Source: a virus
Length of the DNA stretch: 64,000 nt
Virus record (IMG/VR): IMGVR_UViG_3300043774_001004
Location: 1 to 64,000 of that record
Direction: 5' to 3' (one strand)
Shown here: piece after piece, positions 47,049-57,796 of the stretch
Layout: each line of letters begins with the position of its first letter
Numbering within the stretch: position 1 is the stretch's first letter
Program-made: the position numbers and the translations under genes
Notes under the pieces: generated by a model
Database searches by the model: none
Seen by the model: only the letters and a program-made list of their open reading frames with translations
Told to the model about the DNA's origin: nothing

Positions 47049-49308
47049 AGTAAAATCTAGACTAATTGGTGGTTTCATCGAAGTCGAAAACATTACAGGT
47101 CAGTTATTAAACAACTGTGTTGTTTCTTTGAGAAATATATTTTCAGGTAATCTTATTTTCGAAAAAACGACTCTTCGTCCGGGTGAAATAAAGAAGTTTC
47201 CGATAATAGGGCCTTCAACATTTAGAAGCCAATGGGAGGATGAAGCGCTTAACCTTAGGGTTTATAGCAACCATAGTCTTGTGCACAAGAAAATGTTTAA
47301 AGACAAAACTAAATGCTTTGTTGTTATATCAAATGATAAATTTGAAAAGATTGCTGAGCAGTTAATAATCGGTTTAACAAGATATTCAAACATTGATATT
47401 TTACATTATACCATAGGTTATAAGTCTAGCTTAAATTATAGATATCTCCAAAATATTGAATTTGATCTAAAGGGCGATATTAACGATCAGCAGTATATGC
47501 AATTTTCAAAGCCTCCGGTGTTTTTAGATGTCTTAAACAGGGGTTACAAAGCTGCTGTTTTTATAGATGCTGATGTGCAAGTTAGAAGCAATGTCGAAGA
47601 TCTTTTCGGTTATATCAATCAGATAGAAGACGGTCCTGTATTCCATAAATCACCCCATGAGTTTACAGTTGTCCATAATATGTACATACCAGGCCCATTA
47701 CTTTCGGGTTTAATGGATCTCGGTATAGAAAAACAGTTAGCGCCACAGGGTATTACAAATGTCGTTATATTTAATCAAACACATAGAGACCTATTTGAGG
47801 AATGGAATACACTTTGTTTTTCAAAAGAAATTGAAGAAATCAGAAAAACGGAGTTTTTACATGATGAGCTCCTGATAAATTGTTTAATGTGGAAGAAGGG
47901 AGTTAAACCAAAACTTTTCTTTCTGACAACAAATGTCAATACAATAAAAGACATTGAATTTTTCTACCATCATACTAAGAATTATTCCCCGCAGACAGAT
48001 CTGAATGAATACGACCTTGGCTTTTTTGCACAATCTTTTATCAACTATGAATCGGAAACTATATGTGGATTCCATTGTGTTAAAGATCCTGAAGTTGCAA
48101 AAAAAATAAATGATCTAATATACAAAAATGAAATAGGCCTTAGTTTCAAAGATGAGATTACTAACTTCTATGAAAACTTAGAAGTTTCTGATACTAGATT
48201 CTTTGAAGAGAAAAAGCCCATAATGATTAACCACTATATAAATGGCCCTTATCTGGAAATAAAGGGTAGTGGCGATAGAAATTTCAATGTCAAGTTTCTC
48301 GACGGTAAATTAAATACTATTTATGAAAGTAGAATAGGTTGCAATATGTGGTCTAGACCGTCGGCGAGATATTATGATGAATACACTACACAGGTTTTCG
48401 AAAACGGTGAACTTGTATATGATGAAAAAATAAATCTTAAAGGTAAAAGGGTCTATATCAGTTTAGACTCAAGTTCTTTAGGCGACACATTTGCATGGTT
48501 TCCATATGCTGAAGAGTTTAGAAAAAAACATGGATGCCATGTAGTAGTTTCAACTTTCATGAATGACTTGTTTAAAGATCAATATCCAGATCTAGAATTT
48601 GTAGCACCTGGTACTAATGTCCAAGGCATTTATGCAATGTATAACATCGGCTGGTACTATGATGATAAAGATCAGCCAGATCTCTCCAGGAATAAAGTTG
48701 ACTTTAAAGCTATACCTTTACAGATGACGGCCACTGAAATACTTGGTCTAGAATATAAAGAGGTTAAGCCACTTATCAAAGTTCCTAAAGTTGAAAAGAA
48801 GAAGAAGGTAGGTCTAGGTATACATTCAACGGCACAGGCAAAATACTGGAATAATCCAACTGGCTGGCAAGAGGTTACAGATTATTTAATAGCAAATGGT
48901 TATGAAGTTGTCATATATTCAAAAGAAGGTGACGACTACATGGGTAATAAATTTCCTAAAGGTGCCACTAAGTTTCCAAATGGCCCAATTGAAAATGTAA
49001 TTGAGGATATGGCCTCTTGTGAATTTTTTATAGGCATTGGATCAGGGTTAAGTTGGTTAGCATGGGCAGTTGGTCTCCCAATGTTTTTGATTTCAGGATT
49101 TAGTGAAGAGTATTCTGAGCCTACAGAAAACGTGGTTAGAATCATCAATAAAGACGTATGCCATGGATGCTTTAACAAGCACAGGCTTGATCCTGGCGAC
49201 TGGAACTGGTGTCCGTTACACAAGGGTACCGAAAGACAATTTGAATGTACTAAAAGCATTACAGGACAGACCGTTATCGGTAAAATAAAAGAAGTACTAA
49301 GCAAATAA
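47035..49308 (+). CDS. AAH/TibC (BAHT)-type protein O-heptosyltransferase-like domain fused to a GT-A domain
   Basis: SSLGD..AW.PY.EEFRKKH, STAQAKYWNNP.GW, FIG.GSGLSWLAW, iron-finger CHGC...WCP.H...FEC; N-terminal FIDAD DxD motif. Confidence 0.85.
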   Translation: MHGDKVKSRLIGGFIEVENITGQLLNNCVVSLRNIFSGNLIFEKTTLRPGEIKKFPIIGPSTFRSQWEDEALNLRVYSNHSLVHKKMFKDKTKCFVVISNDKFEKIAEQLIIGLTRYSNIDILHYTIGYKSSLNYRYLQNIEFDLKGDINDQQYMQFSKPPVFLDVLNRGYKAAVFIDADVQVRSNVEDLFGYINQIEDGPVFHKSPHEFTVVHNMYIPGPLLSGLMDLGIEKQLAPQGITNVVIFNQTHRDLFEEWNTLCFSKEIEEIRKTEFLHDELLINCLMWKKGVKPKLFFLTTNVNTIKDIEFFYHHTKNYSPQTDLNEYDLGFFAQSFINYESETICGFHCVKDPEVAKKINDLIYKNEIGLSFKDEITNFYENLEVSDTRFFEEKKPIMINHYINGPYLEIKGSGDRNFNVKFLDGKLNTIYESRIGCNMWSRPSARYYDEYTTQVFENGELVYDEKINLKGKRVYISLDSSSLGDTFAWFPYAEEFRKKHGCHVVVSTFMNDLFKDQYPDLEFVAPGTNVQGIYAMYNIGWYYDDKDQPDLSRNKVDFKAIPLQMTATEILGLEYKEVKPLIKVPKVEKKKKVGLGIHSTAQAKYWNNPTGWQEVTDYLIANGYEVVIYSKEGDDYMGNKFPKGATKFPNGPIENVIEDMASCEFFIGIGSGLSWLAWAVGLPMFLISGFSEEYSEPTENVVRIINKDVCHGCFNKHRLDPGDWNWCPLHKGTERQFECTKSITGQTVIGKIKEVLSK

Positions 49309-49310
49309 GT

Positions 49311-50369
49311 ATGGAATCAAACGAGGTTATAATTATTCTAGCACATTGCGATAACAGCAATAAACTTGAAATACTTGAGGAATGTATCGAATTGTGTAAA
49401 AAACAAAATAGGAAAATTATAATTTCAACAAATTATAAATTACCTGAAAGGATATATGAAAAAGTAGATTACATCGTATATGAAAAGGAAAACAGGTTAA
49501 TTTACCATTATGAAAATATACCAAGTGGGTATAGTTTTTTTATAAATTTCCCAACATACTGGCATATTCAAAGGGTTGAGTATGATATCGGTTATGCTGC
49601 TTTACAATTGATAAAAAACGGTTTAAGCCTTTCAGTGCAAAAAGGATTTGTTAAATCACATTTTGTAAATTATGACTATCTAATACGCGAAGAAAACTTT
49701 TTTGAAAAATATGCAGCACTGTTAGGCTTAGAATATGATGCTATTTCATATTATTTTTGCCATGATTTTTTCTTTAACACTGGCATGTTTTCAGTCATTA
49801 ACAAAACATTTTCTGAGACTTTAAAATCAGTTAATAATGTTTATGAGTATAGCAAATTACACAATGATGCCATATCATATAATGGTAACAACGGCGTTCT
49901 TGAAGGTATGCTGGATTATCTTTTTTATAAAAATAATTTAAAGTATCTAAAAGTAAAAGAAGAAAAGCTGGACGCAGAAATCAACGATTTCAATAAATTG
50001 TGTATCTTTTCAAGAAACAATTTTATAGAAAATACAGATATTGAAGTTTATAAATCAACCGATGGTTTAGACTATTATCTTACGTTTATAAATCCCGGAA
50101 ACGATAAATCTGACATAATAGAAATAAAATCAGAAGATGAAATTATATCAATTAAATTCAATGAAATAATAGAGTATGTCAATGGTATAACAGGAATGCC
50201 CTTGTTTGTATTAAAGTTATCTGATAGTCTAGCCGGTAAAAACATTATAGTCAATGTACCGACTAGGGGTTCTAAACTTATTAAGAGCAACTATAGTATA
50301 GCATCATGTGAAATACGCGACAAAAGAATTATATTTACAGATGATGTCTTAATACAAAAATCGAATTAA
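49311..50369 (+). CDS. Hypothetical protein with GT-like domain shared with neighbours
   Basis: IIILAHCDN...VDY.VY...HFVNYDY resembles the N-termini of 50403 and 45489. Confidence 0.55.
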   Translation: MESNEVIIILAHCDNSNKLEILEECIELCKKQNRKIIISTNYKLPERIYEKVDYIVYEKENRLIYHYENIPSGYSFFINFPTYWHIQRVEYDIGYAALQLIKNGLSLSVQKGFVKSHFVNYDYLIREENFFEKYAALLGLEYDAISYYFCHDFFFNTGMFSVINKTFSETLKSVNNVYEYSKLHNDAISYNGNNGVLEGMLDYLFYKNNLKYLKVKEEKLDAEINDFNKLCIFSRNNFIENTDIEVYKSTDGLDYYLTFINPGNDKSDIIEIKSEDEIISIKFNEIIEYVNGITGMPLFVLKLSDSLAGKNIIVNVPTRGSKLIKSNYSIASCEIRDKRIIFTDDVLIQKSN

Positions 50370-50402
50370 ACAAAACTGATTATAACCTTACAAATCAAGA
50401 TT

Positions 50403-52103
50403 ATGGACAATAGAAATAAAGAAATTGTAATTATACTTTCACATTGCGATAATCAACGTAAAGTTGATAAGTTAAAAAAATGTGTGAATGTAATAAAAGA
50501 ACAGGGTTACCCAATTATTATTTCCAGTCATATTAAGGTTCCTGATGACTTTTTTCCTGAGGTTGATTATGTTGTCTGTGATTCAGATAATCCGGTTATA
50601 AACAACATGGATAGTAATGAGATACCGTCCGGTGCACCTAATATATGGTTTAAAGATGATTCATATTACCAGGTATCATACGTGAGATATAATTATTCAT
50701 ACGCAGTAATGAAGCTCATGAAATCTTCTGCAGGTGTTGCTTATGCAAACGGGTATGAAAAAATACATTTCATCAATTATGACTACGTTATTAACGATCC
50801 TGGCATACTAAAAAAGCATTTAATTTTATTAGAAAAACATGACATAGTCGGTTATAATGAAAGTTATGAAGATCAAACTTACTTTAGTACAGGTATCTTC
50901 TCTGTAAATGCGCAGCCTTTTGTGTCAGCTTCAAATTCTATAAATTCAAAGTCTGATTTTCTTTCATATGGGCAACCTATTTTAGAAAAATTTATACACG
51001 AGTATTATCATAAAAAGGCAGGTTTAAGCATAGAAAACTCTATGCATATAGACACTATAAAAAATTCATGTGAAATAAACACCGAGGCGACATTTAATGG
51101 TATTATAGACGGTTTTAACGGTATCTTTTATTTGTTTTTTGCAAAAGACGAAGTCAAAAATAGTTACTATATTTCAACATGGGTAAATTCTGATTCATCA
51201 AAGCAGATTTTTTTGACAATTGATAATAAAAAAATTACAGTAGATACCTTACCATTTAATCAAAAAACAATAATAGACGTTACTGAAATTATAAAAAGTG
51301 GTAAAGTTATCAATGTTAGCGTTCCTGAATATCAATTCACAGATCAGTATCACCTCTTATATGAAACATCATACTGTGAAATACTCAACAATAATATAGT
51401 CAAAAGCATTGACAGTTTTGATTCCGTATTATTAAATGACGCCAATATTAAACCAAGAGCTTTTTCTGAAATTTCTAATAGCTTTGGTAGTGATAAATCA
51501 TGGTATCATAAATATGACAAGGTATATCCTGACTTTCTAGAAAGATTTAGAAATGAAAGCTTTAATTTATTCGAAATAGGAATAGAAGCAGGCGGATCGT
51601 TCAAGTTATGGCAAGAATATTTTCCATATGCAAGAATATATGGAATGGACATAGGCGTTGCCTTTAAAAATGAAAGAGGTGAAGTTTTTATCGGGGATCA
51701 AAGTAAAAAGGAAGACCTTGAAAGAATTGCTAATACTATAAAAGATAAGTGTAAAGTTATTATAGATGATGGTAGCCACGTAGCTGAGCATCAGCTTAAA
51801 ACCTTTTACTATTTTTTCGAAAATCTATTAGACTATGGTGGAGTTTACATTATAGAAGACATAGAATGTAGTTATTGGAAGCCTGAGGTACATGTTTATG
51901 GTTATGAGAGCGGCCACTTCAATATAATCGACTATTTCACAAAATTAAACCATACCGTAAACAGTCACTATAGTTTACATGTAAATAATCTAAATATAAA
52001 ATCTATAACATTTGCTTCTAATTGTATTATAGTAACAAAGAAAACAGAACATGATATAATAGAGGATAGTCAAAGATTTTATAGATTTGGAAATTTACTA
52101 TGA
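50403..52103 (+). CDS. Sugar O-methyltransferase (MycE/TylE-like) fused to the same GT-like domain
   Basis: SDK..H.Y...Y, EIGI..G.S..LW..YFP, GDQS, IIDDGSH, GGVYIIED. Confidence 0.75.
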   Translation: MDNRNKEIVIILSHCDNQRKVDKLKKCVNVIKEQGYPIIISSHIKVPDDFFPEVDYVVCDSDNPVINNMDSNEIPSGAPNIWFKDDSYYQVSYVRYNYSYAVMKLMKSSAGVAYANGYEKIHFINYDYVINDPGILKKHLILLEKHDIVGYNESYEDQTYFSTGIFSVNAQPFVSASNSINSKSDFLSYGQPILEKFIHEYYHKKAGLSIENSMHIDTIKNSCEINTEATFNGIIDGFNGIFYLFFAKDEVKNSYYISTWVNSDSSKQIFLTIDNKKITVDTLPFNQKTIIDVTEIIKSGKVINVSVPEYQFTDQYHLLYETSYCEILNNNIVKSIDSFDSVLLNDANIKPRAFSEISNSFGSDKSWYHKYDKVYPDFLERFRNESFNLFEIGIEAGGSFKLWQEYFPYARIYGMDIGVAFKNERGEVFIGDQSKKEDLERIANTIKDKCKVIIDDGSHVAEHQLKTFYYFFENLLDYGGVYIIEDIECSYWKPEVHVYGYESGHFNIIDYFTKLNHTVNSHYSLHVNNLNIKSITFASNCIIVTKKTEHDIIEDSQRFYRFGNLL

Positions 52104-52165
52104 AAATAAACTACTATAATAAACAAATCTATTACAAACAATATAAATCAAAAATAATAAAGATT

Positions 52166-52351
52166 ATGACACAAGATCAAGCACTTTCAGTTTTAGTACA
52201 AGCAGCCAGAGTAGCTCAGGCAAAAGGAGCATTCACTCTAGAGGATGCTAAAGTAGTTGCAGAAGCAGTTGCGGTATTTACACCAGCTCAAAAAGAAGAG
52301 TCTGAAGTTACACCAACAGTTGACGCTGTAACAGAAGAAAGCGGTAACTAA
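52166..52351 (+). CDS. Small hypothetical protein
   Basis: MTQDQALSVLVQA...GAFTLEDA; ATG at 52166 preferred. Confidence 0.55.
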   Translation: MTQDQALSVLVQAARVAQAKGAFTLEDAKVVAEAVAVFTPAQKEESEVTPTVDAVTEESGN

Positions 52352-52360
52352 TCGCTTTCT

Positions 52361-52999
52361 ATGCGAATTGCCATCGCACCACCTAAATCTGGCCTACAAG
52401 ATTACATAGACTGGTTATCGTTACACTTTTCTATTAGCGTTTTAGAGCCAGATGAGGACCTTACTAATTATCAAGGTCTAGTCCTTACAGGCGGTGCAGA
52501 TATTGGTAAAAACCCAGAGCGCGACAGGATAGAAAAGATCTATCTTGATCGCGCTCTCTTTTTGGGTATACCTGTTTTAGGTGTATGCAGAGGTCTTCAA
52601 TTAGTCAATCTACATTTAGGCGGTACCCTATTAGATGATATAGAAGAGACTGTATGTAACCACGGCTTAGACAGAGAGCTTCTTTCAAGAGATGGCATGA
52701 AAATATCTCAAATGCCATCTAGTTTCCATGACGTCTTTTTTGAAAACACGGTCATTAAAGTTAACTCAAGGCATCATCAGGCTATAGATATACTAGCGGA
52801 CAGCTTAATATCACATGGCGTAGCCACTGATGGAATAATAGAGATGGCAGGCAACGATCAGTTTGTACTTGTCCAATGGCATCCAGAAAGACCTGAAGTT
52901 AGAGACATGATATGCTCTACCATGGTCATAGAAAAATTTAAAGATTTGATAAATGAAAAAGCAAGTCAAGATCAAGCCAAGCATAGTCAAGCCAGATAG
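52361..52999 (+). CDS. Class I glutamine amidotransferase / peptidase C26 family
   Basis: LTGGAD, GVCRG.Q, VNS.HHQ, VQWHPE. Confidence 0.9.
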   Translation: MRIAIAPPKSGLQDYIDWLSLHFSISVLEPDEDLTNYQGLVLTGGADIGKNPERDRIEKIYLDRALFLGIPVLGVCRGLQLVNLHLGGTLLDDIEETVCNHGLDRELLSRDGMKISQMPSSFHDVFFENTVIKVNSRHHQAIDILADSLISHGVATDGIIEMAGNDQFVLVQWHPERPEVRDMICSTMVIEKFKDLINEKASQDQAKHSQAR

Positions 53000-54518
53000 A
53001 GTTCCTGCTCAGATGCCAACTGTCAGAAGGGGCTCAGGCGGCCCAGATGACAATGGCGGATCACATATGGATGCAAGGCAAAGGGCAATGGCTGAAATAG
53101 CCAGACAGAATTACAACAAGGTAATGGGCAGAAGAACCGGTAAAGACTATAGCGGTTACGTGGGAGATCCTCTTACTAAAAATATGTCACAGATCGGCGA
53201 TGCTAAAAGGTCAGATACTGTATTTATTATAGGAGGAGGCCCATCCCTTATAGGTTTTGATTTTAATTCACTTACAGGTCGTGATACAATAGTTGTAAAT
53301 AAAGCTGTAGAGTATGTGCCAAATCCTACATACTTTATAACAATGGACTATTCTTATCTTTCAAAATCAGAACACTGGATAGCCAATTATTCTAAAAGAG
53401 GTATCAGTACTGTGTTTGTTGCCAATATGACAGGCAATCTAGCAAAAAAGGAAGAAATATATGTAGACACTAAGTTTAATATACGTTATACTAAACTGGG
53501 TGAGTTTAACTATGTTATAGAGTCTAAATATAGAATACATCCGAAAACAGGATTTGGTAAAACTTTAGGAGATTTTGCACATGGTGACAACAGCGGATTC
53601 TGCGCTGTACAGTTGGCTATTTTACTAGGGTATGAAAAAATATATTTGCTAGGTTTTGACATGAAGGCGGAAAGAAATACTAAAACGCATTTTCATGACG
53701 GTTATAAGGGCTCTAGTAGCATAAGAGGCAACATTGCAGGCTATGCAGAAAATATGAAAAACGCTTTAAGGTTAGTAAATGAACCAGAAAGGATCATCAG
53801 CTGCTCTCAGAGCAGTTCATTAAACCAGTACATCAAATTTAAAAATTATGATGACATAAAGACGCAGTATTTTATACAAGAAGATAACATACAAGAAGAT
53901 ATGGAACAAAACAATATTAAGGGATTATCGAATCTAGTGATTGTTGGTTATTACACCGTAAATACACCCTATCAAAATGAGGCGGTTAAGCTAATCAATT
54001 CATGTAAGAGGCTCGGCTTAAACCATGATATTATTGGAGTTGATAATCTAGGTAGCTGGCAATCAAACACTAGATATAAAGCAAAATTTATGGGTGATAT
54101 GCTCTTAAAGCATCCCGATAAAAGGCTTTTATATGTAGACTGTGACGCAGTAATACACAGGTTACCTGATCTATTTAAGAGTTATTCAGCAGACATCGCA
54201 GTTAGATTCCAGGACTTCAAATGGAGAAAGAATGAATGTCTTAGTGGAACAATCTACATGGAAAACAATCTTAAGACCAGAAAGCTTTGTGAAATATGGG
54301 GTAAGATTAACAAGAGTGAAGGCCCACAGGCTAAAACATTTGAACAATGGAATTTAGGTGCTGCAATTGAACAAATGGCTAAATCAGACGGTCTGGTCTG
54401 TAAGAACTTACCACCTGAATATACATTTATTTTTGACTCAATGAGAAAAATGTACCCAAATGCGGTTCCAGTAATTGAGCATTTTCAAGCAAGTAGAAAA
54501 TATAAACATAAAGTATGA
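52953..54518 (+). CDS. Maf/DUF115-like domain fused to a nucleotide-diphospho-sugar transferase domain
   Basis: IIGGGPSL, NSGFCA.QLA..LG..KIYLLGFD; YVDCDA, LSGTIY, LP.EY.FIFD, HFQASR. Confidence 0.75.
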   Translation: MKKQVKIKPSIVKPDRVPAQMPTVRRGSGGPDDNGGSHMDARQRAMAEIARQNYNKVMGRRTGKDYSGYVGDPLTKNMSQIGDAKRSDTVFIIGGGPSLIGFDFNSLTGRDTIVVNKAVEYVPNPTYFITMDYSYLSKSEHWIANYSKRGISTVFVANMTGNLAKKEEIYVDTKFNIRYTKLGEFNYVIESKYRIHPKTGFGKTLGDFAHGDNSGFCAVQLAILLGYEKIYLLGFDMKAERNTKTHFHDGYKGSSSIRGNIAGYAENMKNALRLVNEPERIISCSQSSSLNQYIKFKNYDDIKTQYFIQEDNIQEDMEQNNIKGLSNLVIVGYYTVNTPYQNEAVKLINSCKRLGLNHDIIGVDNLGSWQSNTRYKAKFMGDMLLKHPDKRLLYVDCDAVIHRLPDLFKSYSADIAVRFQDFKWRKNECLSGTIYMENNLKTRKLCEIWGKINKSEGPQAKTFEQWNLGAAIEQMAKSDGLVCKNLPPEYTFIFDSMRKMYPNAVPVIEHFQASRKYKHKV

Positions 54519-55120
54519 TAGTAAGTGAAAAAAATAAATACGTGTTTATTTCTGTAATGAAATCAGGCACGCATTCAATGTATGAGTATTTAGTTAAAAA
54601 TTATGGAGGCAAGCATTTTACAAGAGGTAAAATTCTAAATGCCGGAGGAAAATATCACACAAATATCATACCTAAAGAAAATCAAGATTATTATAAATTT
54701 ACTCTAGTTAGAAATCCCTATAGTAGAGCCATATCAATATACAATGTCTGTAAAAACATAGAACCATATAAAGAAGACTATGTAAATAAAATAGGACATG
54801 ATTTCTTGAGCTTTTGTAAATGGCTTTCTAGTAATAATTGTAAAAAAGATCCAGGTAGAGCAGGTTTTGTTGCAAGACCGCAATCTGAATGGTTGCGCCC
54901 ATGTGGCAAATTCGACAAAATTTTACATGTGGAAAATGTTGAAAGTGAACTTAAAGATCTACCTTTTATAGATAAAGATATCCCATTTCCTAATTTATTA
55001 GAGAGGACAGATAAAAGTAAATGGAAAGAATTTTATAATCAACAGACTGCTGATCTTGTTTATAAATGGGCCCAAAGGGATTTTGAACTGTATGGCTATG
55101 ATAAAGAATCTTGGAAATAA
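54515..55120 (+). CDS. Sulfotransferase family 2 protein
   Basis: KSGTHS, VRNPYSRAIS.Y, PQ..W, DFELYGY. Confidence 0.78.
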   Translation: MIVSEKNKYVFISVMKSGTHSMYEYLVKNYGGKHFTRGKILNAGGKYHTNIIPKENQDYYKFTLVRNPYSRAISIYNVCKNIEPYKEDYVNKIGHDFLSFCKWLSSNNCKKDPGRAGFVARPQSEWLRPCGKFDKILHVENVESELKDLPFIDKDIPFPNLLERTDKSKWKEFYNQQTADLVYKWAQRDFELYGYDKESWK

Positions 55121-55129
55121 AATTTAGAC

Positions 55130-55798
55130 ATGGACATAAATAGTTACTTCGACAAAATAGTCTGCATCAATCTAGAAAGAAGACAAGATAGATGGAAGGA
55201 GTCAAAAAAAGAATTTGAAAAACACGGTCTAGATGTTTTAAGAATAGATGCAGTAGACGGGAATCCAATGGGATGGACTAAAGACTCGATGTTTCCTGGT
55301 CGCCATGATGGTGCCCTCGGCTGTATTGCTAGCCATGTAAATGTGTATAAAATGGCCAAAGAAAACGGCTGGAAAAATGTTTTGATAATCGAAGATGATT
55401 GTGAATTTATAGACAACTTAAATGAAAAATTCAAGTCATCTATCAAGACATTACCAGAAGATTGGGACATGTTATATTTTGGAGGAACCCATAAAACAAA
55501 AAATGGTAAATTTATACCAGAGAATTTCAATCAACACTTTGTTAAAGCTAAAAGAATACTTACAACCTCGTGTTATGCTGTTAATAATACAATGTACGAT
55601 ATTATTCTAAATAAAGTTTTAGAAAGAGAACCCACATTTGAGACAACCATTGACGGCTACCTAGCAATATACATGCAACCTATTTGTAAAACTTATGCGT
55701 ATCATCCTCCTATTGCCTGGCAAAGAGCAAGTCATAGCGATGTACAAAACTCATTTAGAGATTATTCACATCTAAGAAAAAATAATATAAGAGACTGA
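55130..55798 (+). CDS. Glycosyltransferase family 25
   Basis: INLERRQDR, AVDG, GCIASH, IIEDD, WDMLYFG. Confidence 0.88.
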   Translation: MDINSYFDKIVCINLERRQDRWKESKKEFEKHGLDVLRIDAVDGNPMGWTKDSMFPGRHDGALGCIASHVNVYKMAKENGWKNVLIIEDDCEFIDNLNEKFKSSIKTLPEDWDMLYFGGTHKTKNGKFIPENFNQHFVKAKRILTTSCYAVNNTMYDIILNKVLEREPTFETTIDGYLAIYMQPICKTYAYHPPIAWQRASHSDVQNSFRDYSHLRKNNIRD

Positions 55799-55799
55799 T

Positions 55800-56390
55800 A
55801 TGCCTATAAGCCATAAACATAAAATAATTCTTATACATATTCCTAAAAATGCCGGAACTTCAATCGCTAATTCATTAGAAATGACGGACATGGGACATCA
55901 TAAACCCCATTATTATAAAAAGAAATATCCAAAAGAATGGGCATCATACAAGAAAATAGCAATTATTAGAAATACATGGGATAGATTTGTCTCAAGTTAT
56001 GAATATGCCAGAATGGAGGAAAGTTATTGGCATTCTGTTACTGGTAAGGCTAGGTATTCAAAGCATCCTGATCTAGATTTATTAAAAAACATTGAGTTTA
56101 ATAAATGTGTTATAATGTTTAAAGAACAACCAGAGCTCTTTAAGCACCAGGGGTGGCACAGCCAGTGTAGTTACATATTTGATGAAAATAACGATCTAAT
56201 GGTTGACATACTGATAAATTATAAAAATCTTGAAAGCAAGATACATGAACTCACAGGAGTAAAGATAAAAAATCAAAACAGCAGTGGCCATAAAGATTAT
56301 AAATTATACTACGATTCTGATAGTATAGAAGTAATCTCTGAGGTTTACAAAAGAGATATAAAATTATTAGGTTTTACATATGAAGACTAA
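55800..56390 (+). CDS. Sulfotransferase family 2 protein
   Basis: IHIPKNAGTSI, RN.WDRFVSSY, Y..DI..LGF. Confidence 0.85.
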   Translation: MPISHKHKIILIHIPKNAGTSIANSLEMTDMGHHKPHYYKKKYPKEWASYKKIAIIRNTWDRFVSSYEYARMEESYWHSVTGKARYSKHPDLDLLKNIEFNKCVIMFKEQPELFKHQGWHSQCSYIFDENNDLMVDILINYKNLESKIHELTGVKIKNQNSSGHKDYKLYYDSDSIEVISEVYKRDIKLLGFTYED

Positions 56391-56922
56391 AAAAATGTTG
56401 AAGACGAATAACTGGTTTAACTATCAGGATTTCTATGAGAGTATGGCATCTATTAAAAAATATAAAACATATGTCGAACTAGGTGTATGGAAAGGCCACT
56501 CTGTTAGCTATCTAGCATCTAAGCTCAAAGGTCGTAATGTCAAAATATATGCTGTAGATATTTTCGAAGACTGGGATAAAAATAAAAAGGTATTAGACGA
56601 GGTTAAATATGTCACAGAGCTTTATAACGAAAATCTAATAAACGAAGGTGTCAGAAATATGATAACAGATATTAGATCTATTTCCTGGGAAGCAGCAGAT
56701 AATTTTAAAGAAGGTGAAGTTGATTTTGTATTCATCGATGCAGATCATACATATAATTCCGTCATAAAGGATATCAAAGCGTGGTTGCCTAAAATAAAAA
56801 AGGGCGGTATAATAAGCGGTCATGATTATTTTACATCACCTGGTGTAAAGTCTGCAGTAGATGAATTATTAGGTAAAGTAGAAAGTGATAGAAAACAAAA
56901 CATCTGGTATAAAAAAGTATAA
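56380..56922 (+). CDS. Class I SAM methyltransferase (Methyltransf_24-like)
   Basis: VELGVWKGHS, FVFIDADH.Y, GGIISGHDY. Confidence 0.85.
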   Translation: MKTKKMLKTNNWFNYQDFYESMASIKKYKTYVELGVWKGHSVSYLASKLKGRNVKIYAVDIFEDWDKNKKVLDEVKYVTELYNENLINEGVRNMITDIRSISWEAADNFKEGEVDFVFIDADHTYNSVIKDIKAWLPKIKKGGIISGHDYFTSPGVKSAVDELLGKVESDRKQNIWYKKV

Positions 56923-56923
56923 C

Positions 56924-57796
56924 ATGGCATATATTACACCAAAATTAGTAAAATTCGGAGAAAGCAAGAATCTGCGTAGTTCTATAGGTCATGCCATGTA
57001 TAATTACATAACAGCTTTGATAATAGCCCATAAATTTAATCTAAATTTTATACATCAACCTTTCACACATGATACAGAAAGGTTTGAAAGGGTGCTAGGA
57101 TTGTGTAATAAATTTCCAAAAATAAAATCAGTTAAGAATCCGGAATTTGTAAAAATAGAAAGAGTAGATTTTGGCCATATATCTAAAATACCTGAAAAAG
57201 AGTTAAATGCGAAGTTAGAAGGAATAGGTAAAATCGTAAAGAAGGGTAAACCCAACACGGTTTTTATAATGGGCGATAGTCGACAATTTCCAGGTAATCT
57301 TATAAAAGAATCTGAATTTTTAGTAAAATACATTTCTGATGCATACTGGTCTGTTAACTCTAGAAAAAATAGTTTTTACGATAAGTCTTTTACTAATATC
57401 GCCATACACATAAGAAGAGGTGATATAGTAAATGATCCTACACATCCAACATATGGTAGATGGAAAGACAATAGCCATTATCTACAGATAGTAAAAGACA
57501 TCAATAACGTAATACCTAATGCTAAATTTTACATTTTCTCAGAGGGCATACCAGAGGATTTCAGCGAGTTTAAAGAATTTAATAACCTTGATTTAGTACT
57601 AAATGGTAGTGATATCAATGCTTTCTATAATCTTGCAACAGCAGACGTACTAGTTACAGGTCAGAGTACATTTTCAACAATTCTTGCGTATATCAATCCA
57701 AATAAAGTTATTTATACACCGTGTTTATCTTTTACCATGTTTGAGAATTATAGTAAGCGTTTTATACACTACGAAAAAATACTTGATGAATTATAA
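56924..57796 (+). CDS. GT11/GT23-like fucosyltransferase
   Basis: IAIHIRRGD motif; S.FS near the C-terminus. Confidence 0.65.
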   Translation: MAYITPKLVKFGESKNLRSSIGHAMYNYITALIIAHKFNLNFIHQPFTHDTERFERVLGLCNKFPKIKSVKNPEFVKIERVDFGHISKIPEKELNAKLEGIGKIVKKGKPNTVFIMGDSRQFPGNLIKESEFLVKYISDAYWSVNSRKNSFYDKSFTNIAIHIRRGDIVNDPTHPTYGRWKDNSHYLQIVKDINNVIPNAKFYIFSEGIPEDFSEFKEFNNLDLVLNGSDINAFYNLATADVLVTGQSTFSTILAYINPNKVIYTPCLSFTMFENYSKRFIHYEKILDEL

